From Lama glama (lineage: Eukaryota), in the NCBI GenBank assembly GCA_028534125.1, contig CM052824.1:50406001-50470000 (forward strand): DNA of 64,000 nt, read 5' to 3'. The notes under the pieces were generated by a model. That model made no database searches. It saw only the letters and a program-made list of their open reading frames with translations, and was not told the origin of the DNA. Below, piece after piece: positions 44,533-57,699 of this stretch (position 1 is the stretch's first letter; each line of letters starts with the position of its first letter). The position numbers and the translations under genes are program-made.

Positions 44533-44918
44533 TTGAAAACGAAGGTGTTGTCTGTGCTTACACCCCACCTTAGTGACACTGGCCAAACTTTTCCTTCACT
44601 GCACAGCCCTTTCCAGCGTCAGCAGGGCAGGCTGCGTCAGAGTTGCTGTCTCTTGCTGGCACCAGATGGAGCCTGTCTGCTCTCTGCGAGCAAGTTGGGG
44701 CACTGTGTTTGATGGCTGTGATCTTTCCTAAAACAAATGCCTTGGCTTCTCAATTTTTTGGCCTTAAGAGCTGGAGCCCAGAGACACGTGGAACCAATGA
44801 TTTCTTGGTCCTCAGCCGAAGACAGGCCCAGCGCAGCCGAGCACTAGTCTCCGTGCAGCAAAGGCAGCCGGCCTTCCCCTGCCTGCTTTGTCGGCAGTGC
44901 TGTGTGCTCTCCAGGGTG

Positions 44919-45308
44919 NNNNNNNNNNNNNNNNNNNNNNNNNNNNNNNNNNNNNNNNNNNNNNNNNNNNNNNNNNNNNNNNNNNNNNNNNNNNNNNNNN
45001 NNNNNNNNNNNNNNNNNNNNNNNNNNNNNNNNNNNNNNNNNNNNNNNNNNNNNNNNNNNNNNNNNNNNNNNNNNNNNNNNNNNNNNNNNNNNNNNNNNNN
45101 NNNNNNNNNNNNNNNNNNNNNNNNNNNNNNNNNNNNNNNNNNNNNNNNNNNNNNNNNNNNNNNNNNNNNNNNNNNNNNNNNNNNNNNNNNNNNNNNNNNN
45201 NNNNNNNNNNNNNNNNNNNNNNNNNNNNNNNNNNNNNNNNNNNNNNNNNNNNNNNNNNNNNNNNNNNNNNNNNNNNNNNNNNNNNNNNNNNNNNNNNNNN
45301 NNNNNNNN
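44919..45308. other. Assembly gap (390 N)
   Basis: run of N. Confidence 0.99.
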
Positions 45309-48300
45309 GCCCTGCAAAGAAAGGGCCTATGAACCTGTGTCACTCGGTCATGGCCACCCAGCAAGTAGCTGTTAGAGCTGAGGTTCGTGCCTCCGAAGCC
45401 GTGTCCTGAACCTCTGGCAACTGCATCTGGGGCCTTGAGAGCTGCCTCCTCACATCCGTGGGTAGCAGCCCTCTGAGCGAGGTGGCAAGACTCCTAAGAG
45501 CCCCTGTGCAGATTTTAGGGCCAGGTGAGCCCGGCGTGGCCTCGTGGGAGGAGGAGCCTGCTGATGCCCGGCTCCTTTTGTTCCTCGTGGACTTTCCCGA
45601 GTGACAGCTTCCTTATCTTGATGTCCAGTTCATGTCGCTCAGGCCAGACCACTTGGAACAGAAACTGTCTCTGGGTCCCTTTTGAAGACTTCTAAAGCCA
45701 GGACTTCATGTCCCTTCCCCAGAGCCCCTGGCTAGGCAGCCACAAGCAGGCATGAGTGTCGTGCTTGGGGCTTAGCCACAGACACAGGTGATTTGCAGGA
45801 GCCCAGCTGGAGGCCTGGTGGACGAGAACGTGGCGTGCTCGGGGCCCGGCTGCACGGTGGTGTCGGCGGGCCATAGGGGTCCCCAAGGGACTGACTGGCT
45901 GTGAGGCGGGGAGGGAGCAGCATCGTCTAGGCGGCGTCAGGCACCCACTCCTTTGTTCAAACCCAGCTCCCCCGCCCTTTGTGTCCCCTGTAGAAAGGGA
46001 ACATGGCTATCTACTGGGTAGGACGGTGGCGAGGTTTATGTGAGATGACCCGCCTGCCGTGTAAGAAGGAAATGGCTGCTCTGCTACCATGAGTTCATTT
46101 TCAGTCTGCAAGATTTTGCTTTTTTTTTTTTCCAACAAAGCTGCATGTCTCAGGAGAGTCCAAATATGTCTAGCTTTGACGTGTCCCTTAGTCTCGGGGA
46201 CACTTGCTTCTCACACTGAGCACAGCAAGTCCATTCCCTTTCGCGTGTCCATCACCTCCCGCTCTCTGGACGTCTCCCCAGAGACATTCCAGGTCCACGG
46301 GAGTATGTGTCATTGCTGTTATATAATGTCCTAGCAGGGAATAAATTGGAGCAGCTTCGTCTGGGACAGCAAAGCCAGAAGGGAGAGTCGGGGAGGTGCG
46401 GGGTGAACAGGCGGGGCCGTCGGGCACCAGGCGTCGGGCACCGCCAGAGCCTGAGCTGTGTTCACAGCAGCGCCTTGGGGCATCAGGAGCATAGACTTGG
46501 CACCTTCGGAAGGTTAACCTTGGTGTGGTTCCCTGGGCCTGCAGGGCTGGGGTCTCCAAAGCTCATTACAAGGTGTTCATTTTTTTCTCTGCTTTTCATT
46601 TTTTGATTTCTTATGAAGTCCCTAGAGAATTTTGGCTCCAGCCCAAATGCATCAAGCCTCTTGCTTTCACGGTCACAGCTTTTCCTGGTGTCTACACAGG
46701 GTGCTTCCCAGTGACTGCCACAGTCCCAGACAGATTGCTGACACGGTGGCCGCACGGGTCTGTGACATGCTTAGGCCCCTGGGTGGTGCCCTAGGTAGAT
46801 CTTGGGCAGGACTGGAAACTGGTCTAGGGACAGAACTCAGCCTCCCCGGGCCCACGTCCCATGACGCACTAGAGGGCATCAGGCAGAAAACCAGGCGCTT
46901 CGCCCGTCCTGAGCCAGTTTCTGGGCTAATTGCTTCTTGGGGACTTGTCTTTCCCAACAGGCAACCCCAGCTGGGGAATCCAGACAATTCCAGGCTGGTC
47001 ACACCTGGTGATGGCTGCAGATTGAGGCCCTGAAGTCTGCGGTCAGCAACAAAGCCAGGGAAGGGCTGTCACTCCTTCCTTCTAGAACGAATGGCTGAGG
47101 CCTCAGGGTCCCTGAGGCAGGTTTGTGGCTTTTCTGGCCCCCAGCTTTCTGAGGTCAGTGCTCTGTTAGGGACTAAATAGGGGACAGGTGCTGACCCCGC
47201 CCCGATCACATTTGCTGAGACACCAGGGGCTCTTTGCATTGAGTTCTCGCATCCCCTCTACAGGTCAGGCGCTGGTTCTCCCACCTTGCAGATGAGGAGG
47301 TGGCCCCAGAGAAAGTGGCCCACCTGCTGGGAGTCAGGCACCGACAGGTGTGGGACCCCGAGGTCGTCTGCACCCCATTTGCACCTGTTCCAGTCTTGGG
47401 TGTCTTCTTGGCACCAGGTGCCGTGCTGGGTGCTAGGGGCCCCGTGATGGGCCAGTGGACTGACCTGTGGAGCTTAGAGCCGGGGAGGGGTGGTGGGCAG
47501 TACACCAGCATGGACGGGGCAGGAGAGACAATGGGGTGTGGGGCACAGGGTGATGGGGTCGGGCACTTCCACCTCTGACCCACCCACTGAGATTCGCCCA
47601 CTTAGTTGTAATGGACATCCTGCTGGTCACTCAGCAAACTCCAGCAGGCACCTCACCTGCATTTGGCTCCTGGGTAGTTACTGCTGCTTTGGCCAGGGGG
47701 GCCCTGGGGGATTGGGGACCTGCCAGAAAGGGAGACTCACTCTGCTTTCTGGCTTCAAGATGGAGCCTGGCTCTGGCCTCTCCCATCACCTCTCACCCTC
47801 GTCCTGGGAGCCTCTCAGGCCTCCCTACCTCCTCTGGCCTTGCAGTCAGAGCTCACATTTAAAAATGCCCTTGGACAGTGCCCCCTCCTCACACTCTTCC
47901 AGCCACACATTCACCTCTAGAATGGAGTCCAACCCGTCTCGGGGCTGCCAGCCTCCTCGCCCAGCCCTGGTCCTCCCCTCCCCTCTCCCTCAGCACCTCA
48001 GTCATTCCTGGCTACCATTCCATGCAGCAGGCAGCACCCCCTTTTCCAGACAAGTAAACTGAGTTTGAGGAGGTTGATAACCTGCCTAGTTTCATGAAGC
48101 TGAGAAGGGTGGGGTCGAAATTAGAACCCAGACCTGGTTGGCCCCCAACTCCCAGGTCAGGGAGACGGTTGTGACTTGGGGAGAGCTGGCTGCACTTCAT
48201 GCTAGAGCGGGTGGCTGGGAGGAGGGTGCGGGTGTAAAGGGTGACTTTGGGGTGTGGCTCAGCTCACTCCCTTCAGTCCTCTGGCCTGGACACCTCCACT

Positions 48301-49809
48301 GTGGCCTGTGCCCAAGGATGCAGCTCGGAAGGGTGCGTCTCGCAAGAATGAATGAGCCCATTGCGTGAGGGCTGAGCTTGCCATGAGGTTCTCGACCAGA
48401 GGGGGTGCCACGTGGACCAGCCAGGGCCCAGCTCTGCTCCAGGCCTTGGGCAAGTTTCCTCATGGTCTGGAGCGTGAGGACTGAGTGAGCGAATGCAGGT
48501 AAAGGTCCCGGCCCGCACAAGCGCCGTAGCCCGAGGTCACTGTCAGTGTATCACTGCTGGGAGGGTGGCAGGAAGTCGGGCGAGGAGCCCTGGAGTCACC
48601 TCCCAGCGGCAGGCGCACACGCGGCCGTGCCCGCGCTGTCCGCACTTGCCGGTCCGTTGCTTTGGTGATTTGTGCTTGCTCCCGTGGTTATTTCTGTCTC
48701 TGGGCTCCACGCTTCCTGCCTGGGGCTACTGCCTTTCCTGCTCATCCTTGTCTGCTGCCCGATCTCGGAGCCTGGCCCAGGCTCGTGTGCTGCCAGCTCG
48801 CCCCCTTTGGCTCCCTGACGAGCCTGGAGCAGCCAGGCAGGGCATGTGCTGGGGCAGAGCCCTCTCCCCGCGGCTGGATGAGTGGGTCTGCAGCCTCCAG
48901 AGCATGGGGGCCCAGCCAGGGCGAGGAGGCTGCCCCGAAGACCCCAGACTGCGGCCGGCCTCATGTGTTAGGACTGGCATCCTCCCGCCTCTCACCTGTG
49001 CATCTTTGCGGACTCTGGAGCGTGAAGGTGGTGCTCTGGCCCCTTCACTCTAGGGCTGGGACGGTGGGGCACAGGAGGAAAGACTTGCCTGAGGCCCCTG
49101 ACTCACGCTTCTTCACACACTGGGGGTGACGAACAACTTCCACATCTCGGCTGACACTGATGAGAGCAAAAGGAGAGAAGTGGTGGCTCTGGCCGAGGGG
49201 GAAACTCTCTTCTGCAAGAGAAGGTGGCAGGTGGAGTGTGGAGCAGCGAACACACACCCAGCGCCCCCACCAGCTCAGCCCCGCATGCTGGGCGCTCCCC
49301 CACCCCCACGCAGGTCTCGGCCGCGCCCACATGCGCCCATGAGCTTCGGTGTCGAGAGCAGGCCCCGTCCTTCTGCCTGAGGGAGGGGTGGCCGGGCCTC
49401 TCAGGAGCAGGAGAGGTGGGTTGCTGGGACATCCTGGGCAGGAAAACAGGTGTTGGGGAGGTGACTAGGGCCACCACTGCTAGGGGATGTTGGATGGGGC
49501 CGGGGGCACCAGGACAGGACCAAAATTAGCCCCAGGTTTATAGCGGAATCAGTGAGTGGACCCAGAACTCCTGTCCAGGGGACGTGCCGCCCCCGGGGCA
49601 GGTGCTCTGGGTGTGGGCTGAAGGACACGGGGGTCTCGGCTGCTTTCTCTCTGGGCTGTCTCTCAGGTCCCTTTGCCATCTCTGCCCCATGACCTTGTTA
49701 ACCCATCTGCTCCAACTGTACCCCCTCTCCCACCACCTGCTCAGTCTCCACAGGGGCCCTGCTGGACCCCTGCCAGGCTGCTCACGGATTTAGATATTTG
49801 GGGACCCCA

Positions 49810-49960
49810 CACTATTTACTGAGCACCTGCTCCGGGCCGAGCCCTGGGCCAGGCATGATCTCTAGTCCTTGGTTACTCTTGTTCTTCCTGTTTCACAGAT
49901 GAGGGACCAGAGGCTCAGAGAGGCAAACTCACTTGCCCAAGGGCGCACAGCCTGTAAGTG
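49810..49960 (-). mobile_element. MIR SINE
   Basis: atttactgagcacct...tttcacagatgagggaccagaggctcagagagg...cttgcccaagg. Confidence 0.7.
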
Positions 49961-50624
49961 GGACGTTGCCGCCATCCAGCTGGCCTGAGCCTTGCTCATT
50001 CACCTGGTCCTGCTTGCAATATGAGCTGGGCATGGATTTGGTTGGATCAGCCGAGCTCCCAGCAGGGGGCTACAGCTTTGGGAGCCAGGGCGTGGCCAGG
50101 TGCCCGCAGGTGGGCAGAGCAAGCACCACCAAAGGTTCTCCAGCCACACTCTGGGAACCATGCGTAGGGTTGGGACAGATGAGATCTGAGGCCCTGGGAA
50201 CCAGCCACAGGCTGGATGACAGGGCAGATCCGTGGGCCCCAGTGCCCTAATGCCAGGACAGGTAGGAGGTGACTTTTGTTTAGTGGGGCCTGAGTGCTGG
50301 GCTTGGAACTATAAGTGGCTGTTTGAGCCTCATAGCCACCCCCTGAAGCCGGCTCTAGTATCATCCCCATTTCCCAGGTGAGGAGACTGAGGCCGCCCTG
50401 TCAGAAGTGGCAGAGCCTGGATTTGAGTCTAAGTCCACCGAAGGCCACAGTCCACAGCCGTCATCTTTGCAACCACGTCTCTGCACCCATCCCAGCTGGA
50501 CGCTCTCTGGAAAACATCTGGACGTGAGGGACCAAGACTGTGGGAGGCAAAGAGAAAAGCTCCTTAGTGTCCCAGAGGCTGACCAGGCTGCACGGGCAGA
50601 TCAGCCTGAGGAGGGATTCCAGTC

Positions 50625-50770
50625 ATGAGGCCAGTCTGCACAGCCTGAGAGTGAGGACGGTTTCTACGGTTTTAAAGCGTCAGAAGGAAAGCATAGAACA
50701 TGCGACAGAGATTGTACGTGGCCCCTAAACCTAAAGTATTTCTACCGGATTTTTGTAGAAATTGTGTTGC
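50625..50770. mobile_element. hAT MITE, MER58-like fragment
   Basis: catgcgacagagattgtacgtggcccctaaacctaaagtattt resembles a MER58-family end (recalled). Confidence 0.5.
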
Positions 50771-53459
50771 CAAGTGAGTCCTGGTTCAGACGTGGGATCT
50801 GCTGTGGGTTACAGAAGAGATGCAGACAGAGGGCCACCCCCATCAGCCACTCGAAGTCCCTAAAATTCTTGGAACCACTGTCACACCGCTGTGTGCAGCT
50901 TCATGGTGAAACCCTGCAGGCTGTCACCCCAGCTTGTCTGCAGTGCCAGCTGCAGAAGACAGTGCCCAGGGTCCCCAGGTTCCAGCCCGGGGCAGAGGTG
51001 AAAGAAATGCTGTGACCAGCGCTGAGGATGCTGGTGTCACCGTGGGACGTGGAGTAGCCAAGATGGTGGTGGCTGTGAGTGTCAGAGAAAGCCAGCCTGA
51101 GCGGTTAAGGGGACCTACTGTCTACCCAACAGCAAACCCAGAGGGGCACCCAGGAGTGGCTGATCCAGGGTCTCAGAGCGAACACACCTGCAGGCTTGTC
51201 TGTTGGCTCTGCTCCCAGGATGCTGTCCTGCAAGTCCCACATGGCTGCTGTCCCCAAGGGTCCTGGCATCAATCCCACCGGGCCTGACCATGTCCAAGGG
51301 AAGATGGGGCCTGCTGATTCCTGCCTCCGCCTCTCAGGAAACCTCTCCTGGAAGCCCCGAGAGGTGTTCCCCCTCAGGTCTCATGGGCTGAAGCTGGGTC
51401 CTCACCCATCTCTGTGCCAGTCCCCATCAGGAGACATGGGATGGCCCGGCATGGCTCAGACAAAATGCTCCCCCCCCAGGGGCTGGACAGGGCAAGCACA
51501 TGAGTGCCCCTGGGGCTCCCCGAGCAAGGAGCAGGGGCAGAGGTGCTGTGCAGGGGGCAGCGACATTGCCCTAGTCCTTCCCGGGCTTCCCAGCCGCCCT
51601 CACTCCCTTTGTCTGGTCCACACGGGCCACTTCATCCAGACACTGGGCGTGTCTGTGCCCCGTGGCCACTGCCACCCCCACCGGCCCTCAAGTAGATCCC
51701 ACGTTGATCCTGTTTCTTTGCATCCCTGGCTCTGGTTTCAAAGTCTGGGCAGGCTGCAGGGAGGCTGAGAAAGCCAGGGTCTGGACAGCCTTCGGGGGCA
51801 GTGAGGCAGGGGCCCCAAGATGTGCAGGTGGGATTAGATGAATCAGAGGCCAAATGTGAGAACAGCGGTTCACCTCAGACAGACGCCCGTTCTACCCCAG
51901 GTGGCGGCCTGGGGGTCAGGGGTCAGGGGTCAGGGAGGGTGGGCTTCAGGGAAGCTTTGGCGGCTGTCCACCTGGCTTCTCGTCCCAACCCCACTGCTCA
52001 CCACCTCCTTGAGCAAATTGCTTGCTTGCTCTGGGCCTCAGTTTACTCATCCATAAAAAGGGGATAATCATCTTGATGCAGAATTAAACAAGGTGATGGT
52101 CGCTAAGCCCTTGGCACAGTGCTGTCACTGACCACCGTACGACCGCTACCAGGAGCCGCCCAGAGCCTGGCACCGGGCAGCGTTAGCAGACGTCCACCAA
52201 GCCCTCCCTGCTCGCAAGCTCAGGGCTGGGCCTGGGACGAGGGGAGGGGACTGAGTCCTGGACACTCAGGTACAGGACAGCTGGGATCTTAAGGGAGGGC
52301 GAAACCACCTCCGGTTAGGGATGGTGTGCAGTCGTCAGGGGAGGACTTCTCAGAGGAGGTGGCATTTGAGATAGGGGTTCCCAAGTGGAGGGAGTAGACT
52401 CTCCAGAGGGGCCGGGACTGTGGGGGAGGGTGTCTGGAGGGAGGCCAGCTCCCGAGGGCCTGGGCATGTCTTGAAGCCAGCGTAGGCACTGCCCTGGGAA
52501 AGGCCTGTTGCCAGATGTGCAGGCGGTGGGGGCTGGGATGGGTGGCAGGTGCAGGGCGTGGCTGGCGTGGCTGGGAGTTGGGGGAGGAGCAGGACAGGGG
52601 AAGGGTGGCCTGGCCGCAGTGGATGGGACCTCTGTGTGACCCAGGGCACACCCCAGGGTCCTCTCTAACTTGAGGGGATCAGATGAGACCAGACTGTCTC
52701 CTGATGCTCTTGGAAGCCCCCAGAGGCTTAGCCCTCCTTCTTCAAGGACCACCAGAGGAGCTGGACGATGCTGCAGATTCCTGGGCCCACCCCAGCCCTG
52801 CCCCCAACATGACAGGGGTGCATGTGAGAACTGTCTGAGGGGGCGTCCTGCTCCATCCGAGCGAGCCTGTCTCTGTCCGGTCCCCCAGTGCACATGCATC
52901 TCTGTGCTGCCCCCTAGACCGATCCCCCCCTTCCGCCTGCCCCTCAACACTCTGGCTTCAGCTCCAGCTCCAGCCCCCTTCATCTGTCCACCCCCTCTGC
53001 CTGCTCTCCTGCAGCCTTATTCGGCCTGATCCCTGTTTCACAGGTGGGAAAACTGAGGCCTGGGTGGGGGATGACAGAGAAACCTTGCAGGGCAGGGCTC
53101 AGTGAGTGGTTTCCAGAGATTTCTGATGCCTTTTTCCTTCTTGATCTTTTTATTCTAGAAGCTCTGTACGCCCACCCTTTCCCCACAGCAATGGCGTTTT
53201 GAAGAGCCCAGACCAGTGTCTGGTGGAATGTTCCACCGCGGGATTGGTCTGCTTCGCTGAAGTGTCATTGGACTGGTTCCTCTACCCGCGCCTGTCCTGT
53301 AACCGGGAAGTCAGGTCTAAGGGCTTGATTAGGGTCTCGTTCATTAAAACCTCCCAGTAAGGGCAGGTGAGGCTGGGGACTTGTCAACTCCTCACATTCG
53401 AGCACCCCACTGCTTGTGACGCCGTCTGTCTGACTGATGGCCCCTCAAAACCTTCACTC

Positions 53460-54070
53460 CCTCGTTTGCCTGATTCCCTCTGACACCTTCTATGTGCCAG
53501 GCCAGTGGGGAGGACAGGGACAGTTATTGGCCATGTCCCTCTTGGTGTCTGCCCTGAAGGAACGTGGGTTGGCCCCGAGCCAGGGAGCGGACGGGAGGAT
53601 GGAGACCCCGAAGAAGGGGGCATGAGCCAGTAGGACGGGGCGGCTGAACCACAGGGAAGAGTGGGGCCAGGGCGGCTTCCTGGAGGGGATGCCTGGGCTG
53701 AGTGCTGAAAACCATCAGACAGACTACGGGGGTGGGGATGGCAGGGGTGGCAGGAGAGGGCTGTTCCCGGCAGGACAGCAGAGGGGAGGGTGTGAGGGCC
53801 AGGAGCAGCAAGGAGCCACTGGGGCATCTCAGGTGTGAGAGGGAGCCTCAGGTTCACCTGCCCCTTGGGAGGGAGGTGGGGCCCAAAGCCGATGGCCAGG
53901 CGCCCTGAGACTTGGGTGTCTGCGGACACACCTGGCCATCCCTTGCCGAGGTGGGTGTGAGGGCTGCTGAGCTGAGCTGCCAGGTGAGCCACCTTCCGGG
54001 GTGGGAACCGCTCCTCCGCTGCCTCCCTCCGCCCCTCCATCCTGTCTCCACTGTGACATCTCTATCTGGA
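53460..54070 (-). mobile_element. L2 LINE fragment (degraded)
   Basis: caccttctatgtgccaggcc...ggcttcctggagggg...gttcccggcagg..cagcag L2 hallmarks. Confidence 0.5.
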
Positions 54071-54127
54071 GCACCTGCCAACCCTGCCATCGTAAAACAT
54101 ATTCAGAGAAGCCCTCCTCCTCCTGCC

Positions 54128-54210
54128 CCTCCTTCCACTCCCAGCTCAGCCCCTCCTCCACCTCGTCCTCCTTCCACTCCCCAGCTCAGCCCCTCCTCCA
54201 CCTCATCCTC
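54128..54210. repeat. Tandem duplication, 39-40 bp unit x2
   Basis: cctccttccactcc(c)cagctcagcccctcctccacctc(g/a)t occurs twice back to back. Confidence 0.9.
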
Positions 54211-57200
54211 CAGGCAGCCTCGCTGGCAAAACCTGAGTGTTTCCAGGCTCCCGGCCTTTTGGCAGATGCGGACTTGGGCCCAGAAATGGCCTCTTGGGTG
54301 TGCAGACAGGACTGGAAGTGCGGGCGGGCTGGGAGCTGTGACACGAGCATCTGACACCTCCCGCTCTGCCTTCCTCCGGACTCAGGGGGCAGCCCTGCCC
54401 CACCACCAGGACAGGCTGCCCCTTCACTCTCCGCGGAGCTGGTCCCCTGGCCAGAAGGTGGTGGTGATATCATCTCTTCTTGGGCAAGCTCTCTCTGCCA
54501 GGGCGGGGCCCCCACCGGCTAGAGGCTGGCACGTGTCTGGGCACCTGAGCCCAGGTAGACCGGCGGGGGACAGGGAGGCCGCCACACAGCCAGGATCCTC
54601 AGGGCCCTGCCTCTAGGGATTTTCCCAGCCAGCTCTGGGGCCAGACATGGGTCCTTCCCTGAGAGCCTGGGGCTTAGTCTCCATGAGGCAGGAATTCTCA
54701 TCTGGGACGCTGCATCCAACATAGAGTTGAGGGCAGCTGAGTTGCAGGAGATGGAGGAAGCAGAGAATTTGCTATGTGCTTTTTCCTAGGTACCAGGATG
54801 GGGCAGGGGAATGGGGCAGGTTTTCTCCGTAAAGGCAGTGCGTCTGCCTGGCCTGTGAGGAGACAGCTGCACCCACACTGGCCTCTGTTCCCTCAACAAA
54901 GCCAAGCCCTTTCCAACCCCAGGGCTTTGCTCATGAAAAACACTCTTTCCTCAGATTCTCATAGACTCCTTCAGGGCACTTGGTTCCGTGCCCCTTCTCC
55001 AAGGGGCCTTTCTGGGCATCTGTCCAATATTGACCCCACTACTCTCTGTCCTGTTGCCCATTTAATTCGTATCACCCGTCATGCTCTGAGGTTGCCATAC
55101 GTATCCACTTGGTTGTGTGTTAACAGCTGACCCCCCGACTGGTCATCTCTTGGTCACAGCCCTCTCTGGCGTGGGTAAAACCATCTCTATACGCGTCAGA
55201 TCCCTGATGCCCGAGATCCCCAAGGGCAGGAGTGTGGTCCTGTTCTCCCTGCACCCCTGGCATTGAACTAGGGAGACCGGAGGGCACTGTCACCAGTCAC
55301 CCTGCAGTTAGTTTGCCCCTTCAAGGACAAACACCTCAGGAAAACTGAGGCAGCTCTCAACTCACTTCTTCTGTTTTTTCAGCACTCACAAGTTTATGTA
55401 TAGGTTTGATAAAGATTTTTCTGTGTTTTCTAAATACACAGGCAAAATAGCTCTGGGTGATTACACTTATACTAGGTAGGTAAATTGCAGTAAAAAATTG
55501 GTCTTTGTATAAGACCCACTCCTGTCCCCAGGCCCACCTGCCGAGCCTGGGCATCCTCCTACCTGCTCACCGGTCGCAGGACCAGGTGTTTGCTGTGGCC
55601 GAGTTCGCCCCGGGCCTGGCTGGGGCCCTGTGCGCAGTGGGGCTATGCAGGCCGGGCGCTGAGTGAGCCTCGCAGGAAAGAGGAGGGAAGGAAGCCAGCA
55701 GCGGCTGTGCTGGGGGAGCCTTGGCTCCCCTGGGTCAGCAGTTTTCACACCTTATTATTTTCCAGCCAAACCCTCAATGGGAGCCTGCATCCCCCAACCA
55801 TCTGCCTCCACCCCATGGATGAAAAGAAGCGCAAGGTCCAGCTCTGAAGATGTTGTCTCAGTGGGGGCTGGAGTCCCACCTGCCTGGCATGCCCGCCCCT
55901 CCCCCCACGGAGGCTGCAGCTCCATGGAGAATAGACTGGGGACCGCTGACCAGAAATCATGGTCTCATCTTACAGACAGGGAAGCTGAGGCCTGACAGGG
56001 GAGTGACGGGCCCCAGGCAGCATCGTGAGCTGGGGCCAGCCAGCCAGGTCAGCCAGAAACCCTTCCAGCTCCGGGGAAGCTCACCTTGCCTTGGTGACGT
56101 GCGCCCCCTGCCCGGCAGCAGCAGGCTTTTGTGCCTGGCCCCTCCCTTACCAGGACCACAGAGGGCTCCGATGGCCCCTTGGCTCGCTGTGACTTTCTCC
56201 TCCACCCTGGGGGAGCGGGTGAGCCCTCAGAATGCACTGGGGGGGGTGAGGGGGTCCCATCAGTTTTCTGGGGTGGGCGGAGGCCTTGAAGCCCCCAGCA
56301 GCCCCACCCAGTGGGCATTCATACTTGCCTCAGCAGGGATCACGTAGCTGGGCCTCAGGTGGAACTGAGGGGACGAAGGCTGTTCCCACCGTGGGGAGTG
56401 GAGTCCCTGGCAGGCCAGGGAAGAAGTTCTGTGCTGAGCTCAGCTTGGGACTGACGCACGCAGGTGTCTCTCCCAGAGCCCAGCAGAATCGCCGGGATGC
56501 AGGAGCCTGGCCTCCCTGGGGCTCCCACGAGGCAGCCTGGCGGCTCAGGGCCCCGGACACGTGCGGGCTGATGAGTGTGCCGCCTGCCCGCTGGGCTGCC
56601 CCGCCCGCGACAGGCTGAGCGGAGCCACGAGTGCCAGTGGGGTTGCCGCCCTCACACGGCCTGGGCCCTGGGCCTGCTGACACCGGGTTTTTGTCCTGTG
56701 CCGGGGCTGGGCCCTCCCTCAGGATGCACTGGGATAATGAGGCAAAAGGTCTAAACCTGCACAACACAGACCACCCCTTTGTTTGCTGGTCCCAGTGGCC
56801 AAGCTTCAGGGAAGAGAGGGTGTAAATCCAAACTGCACCGTTGTTGGCTCTGCCACCACCTGTGATGACTGCCTCAGCCTGGGAGCTCTGGTGGGCCAGG
56901 GACAGAACTGCCCAGCTCTACCAGGTGTGACTGGAGCCACACACCTAGGGGTCCTCAGGAGGGACTCAGGGGTGAGGTGAGCCCTCCTAAGCCAAGCCGT
57001 CCCTGGAAGAGAGAAGTAGGGGTACCGGGGGGGGGGGGAGGTGCAAAGGATCAGACCAGGTCAGCTGGTCCTGAGTGTGATTCCGGCTCTGACACCCGCT
57101 GGCTGTCAGATTCAGACTTTGGTCAAATCTCTTCCCCTGTCGGAGCCTCAGCTTCACTGCCTGCAACATGGGTTTAGTGATCCTTACCTTGTAGGGCTGT

Positions 57201-57699
57201 TATGAAGACTCAGCAAATTTGCTAAGGGCCTTGTAAACTGTAAGATGTTGTAAAAACAGTGAGCTGTGTTTATTATTGGCCACAGGCAAGCAGATCATTC
57301 CTAATTCCAGAGTTTACCTATAGGGAGGACCGAGGGCCCTGCTGAAGCCACAAGCCCGCAGGAGCAAAGAGGCGGGCGTCCAGCCCCACAGAAGGGCTAC
57401 AGGTGGGGCTGCCGCCTCCCCTTCCTGGGAGAACCAGTCCTGGCTGAGGCTGAGAACGTCCTCAATTCCCTTGGACCGGGAAAATTCACTTGGGATGTAA
57501 ATTGTGCTCCTTCTCGGCACTGTTTAGAGAACACAGTGTTCAAGAGCTCAGGGTCTGCATCAGACAGACCTGGTTTGAATCTGGGCTTTGCCACTTACTG
57601 ACTAGTAAGGAGAGTGTCCACAGGGGTAACAGTGGCCCAGAGGACGGTCAGAGCCTGAACAAGGGACAAGGCCACCCCATGGAAGGGTGACCTGGTGTG

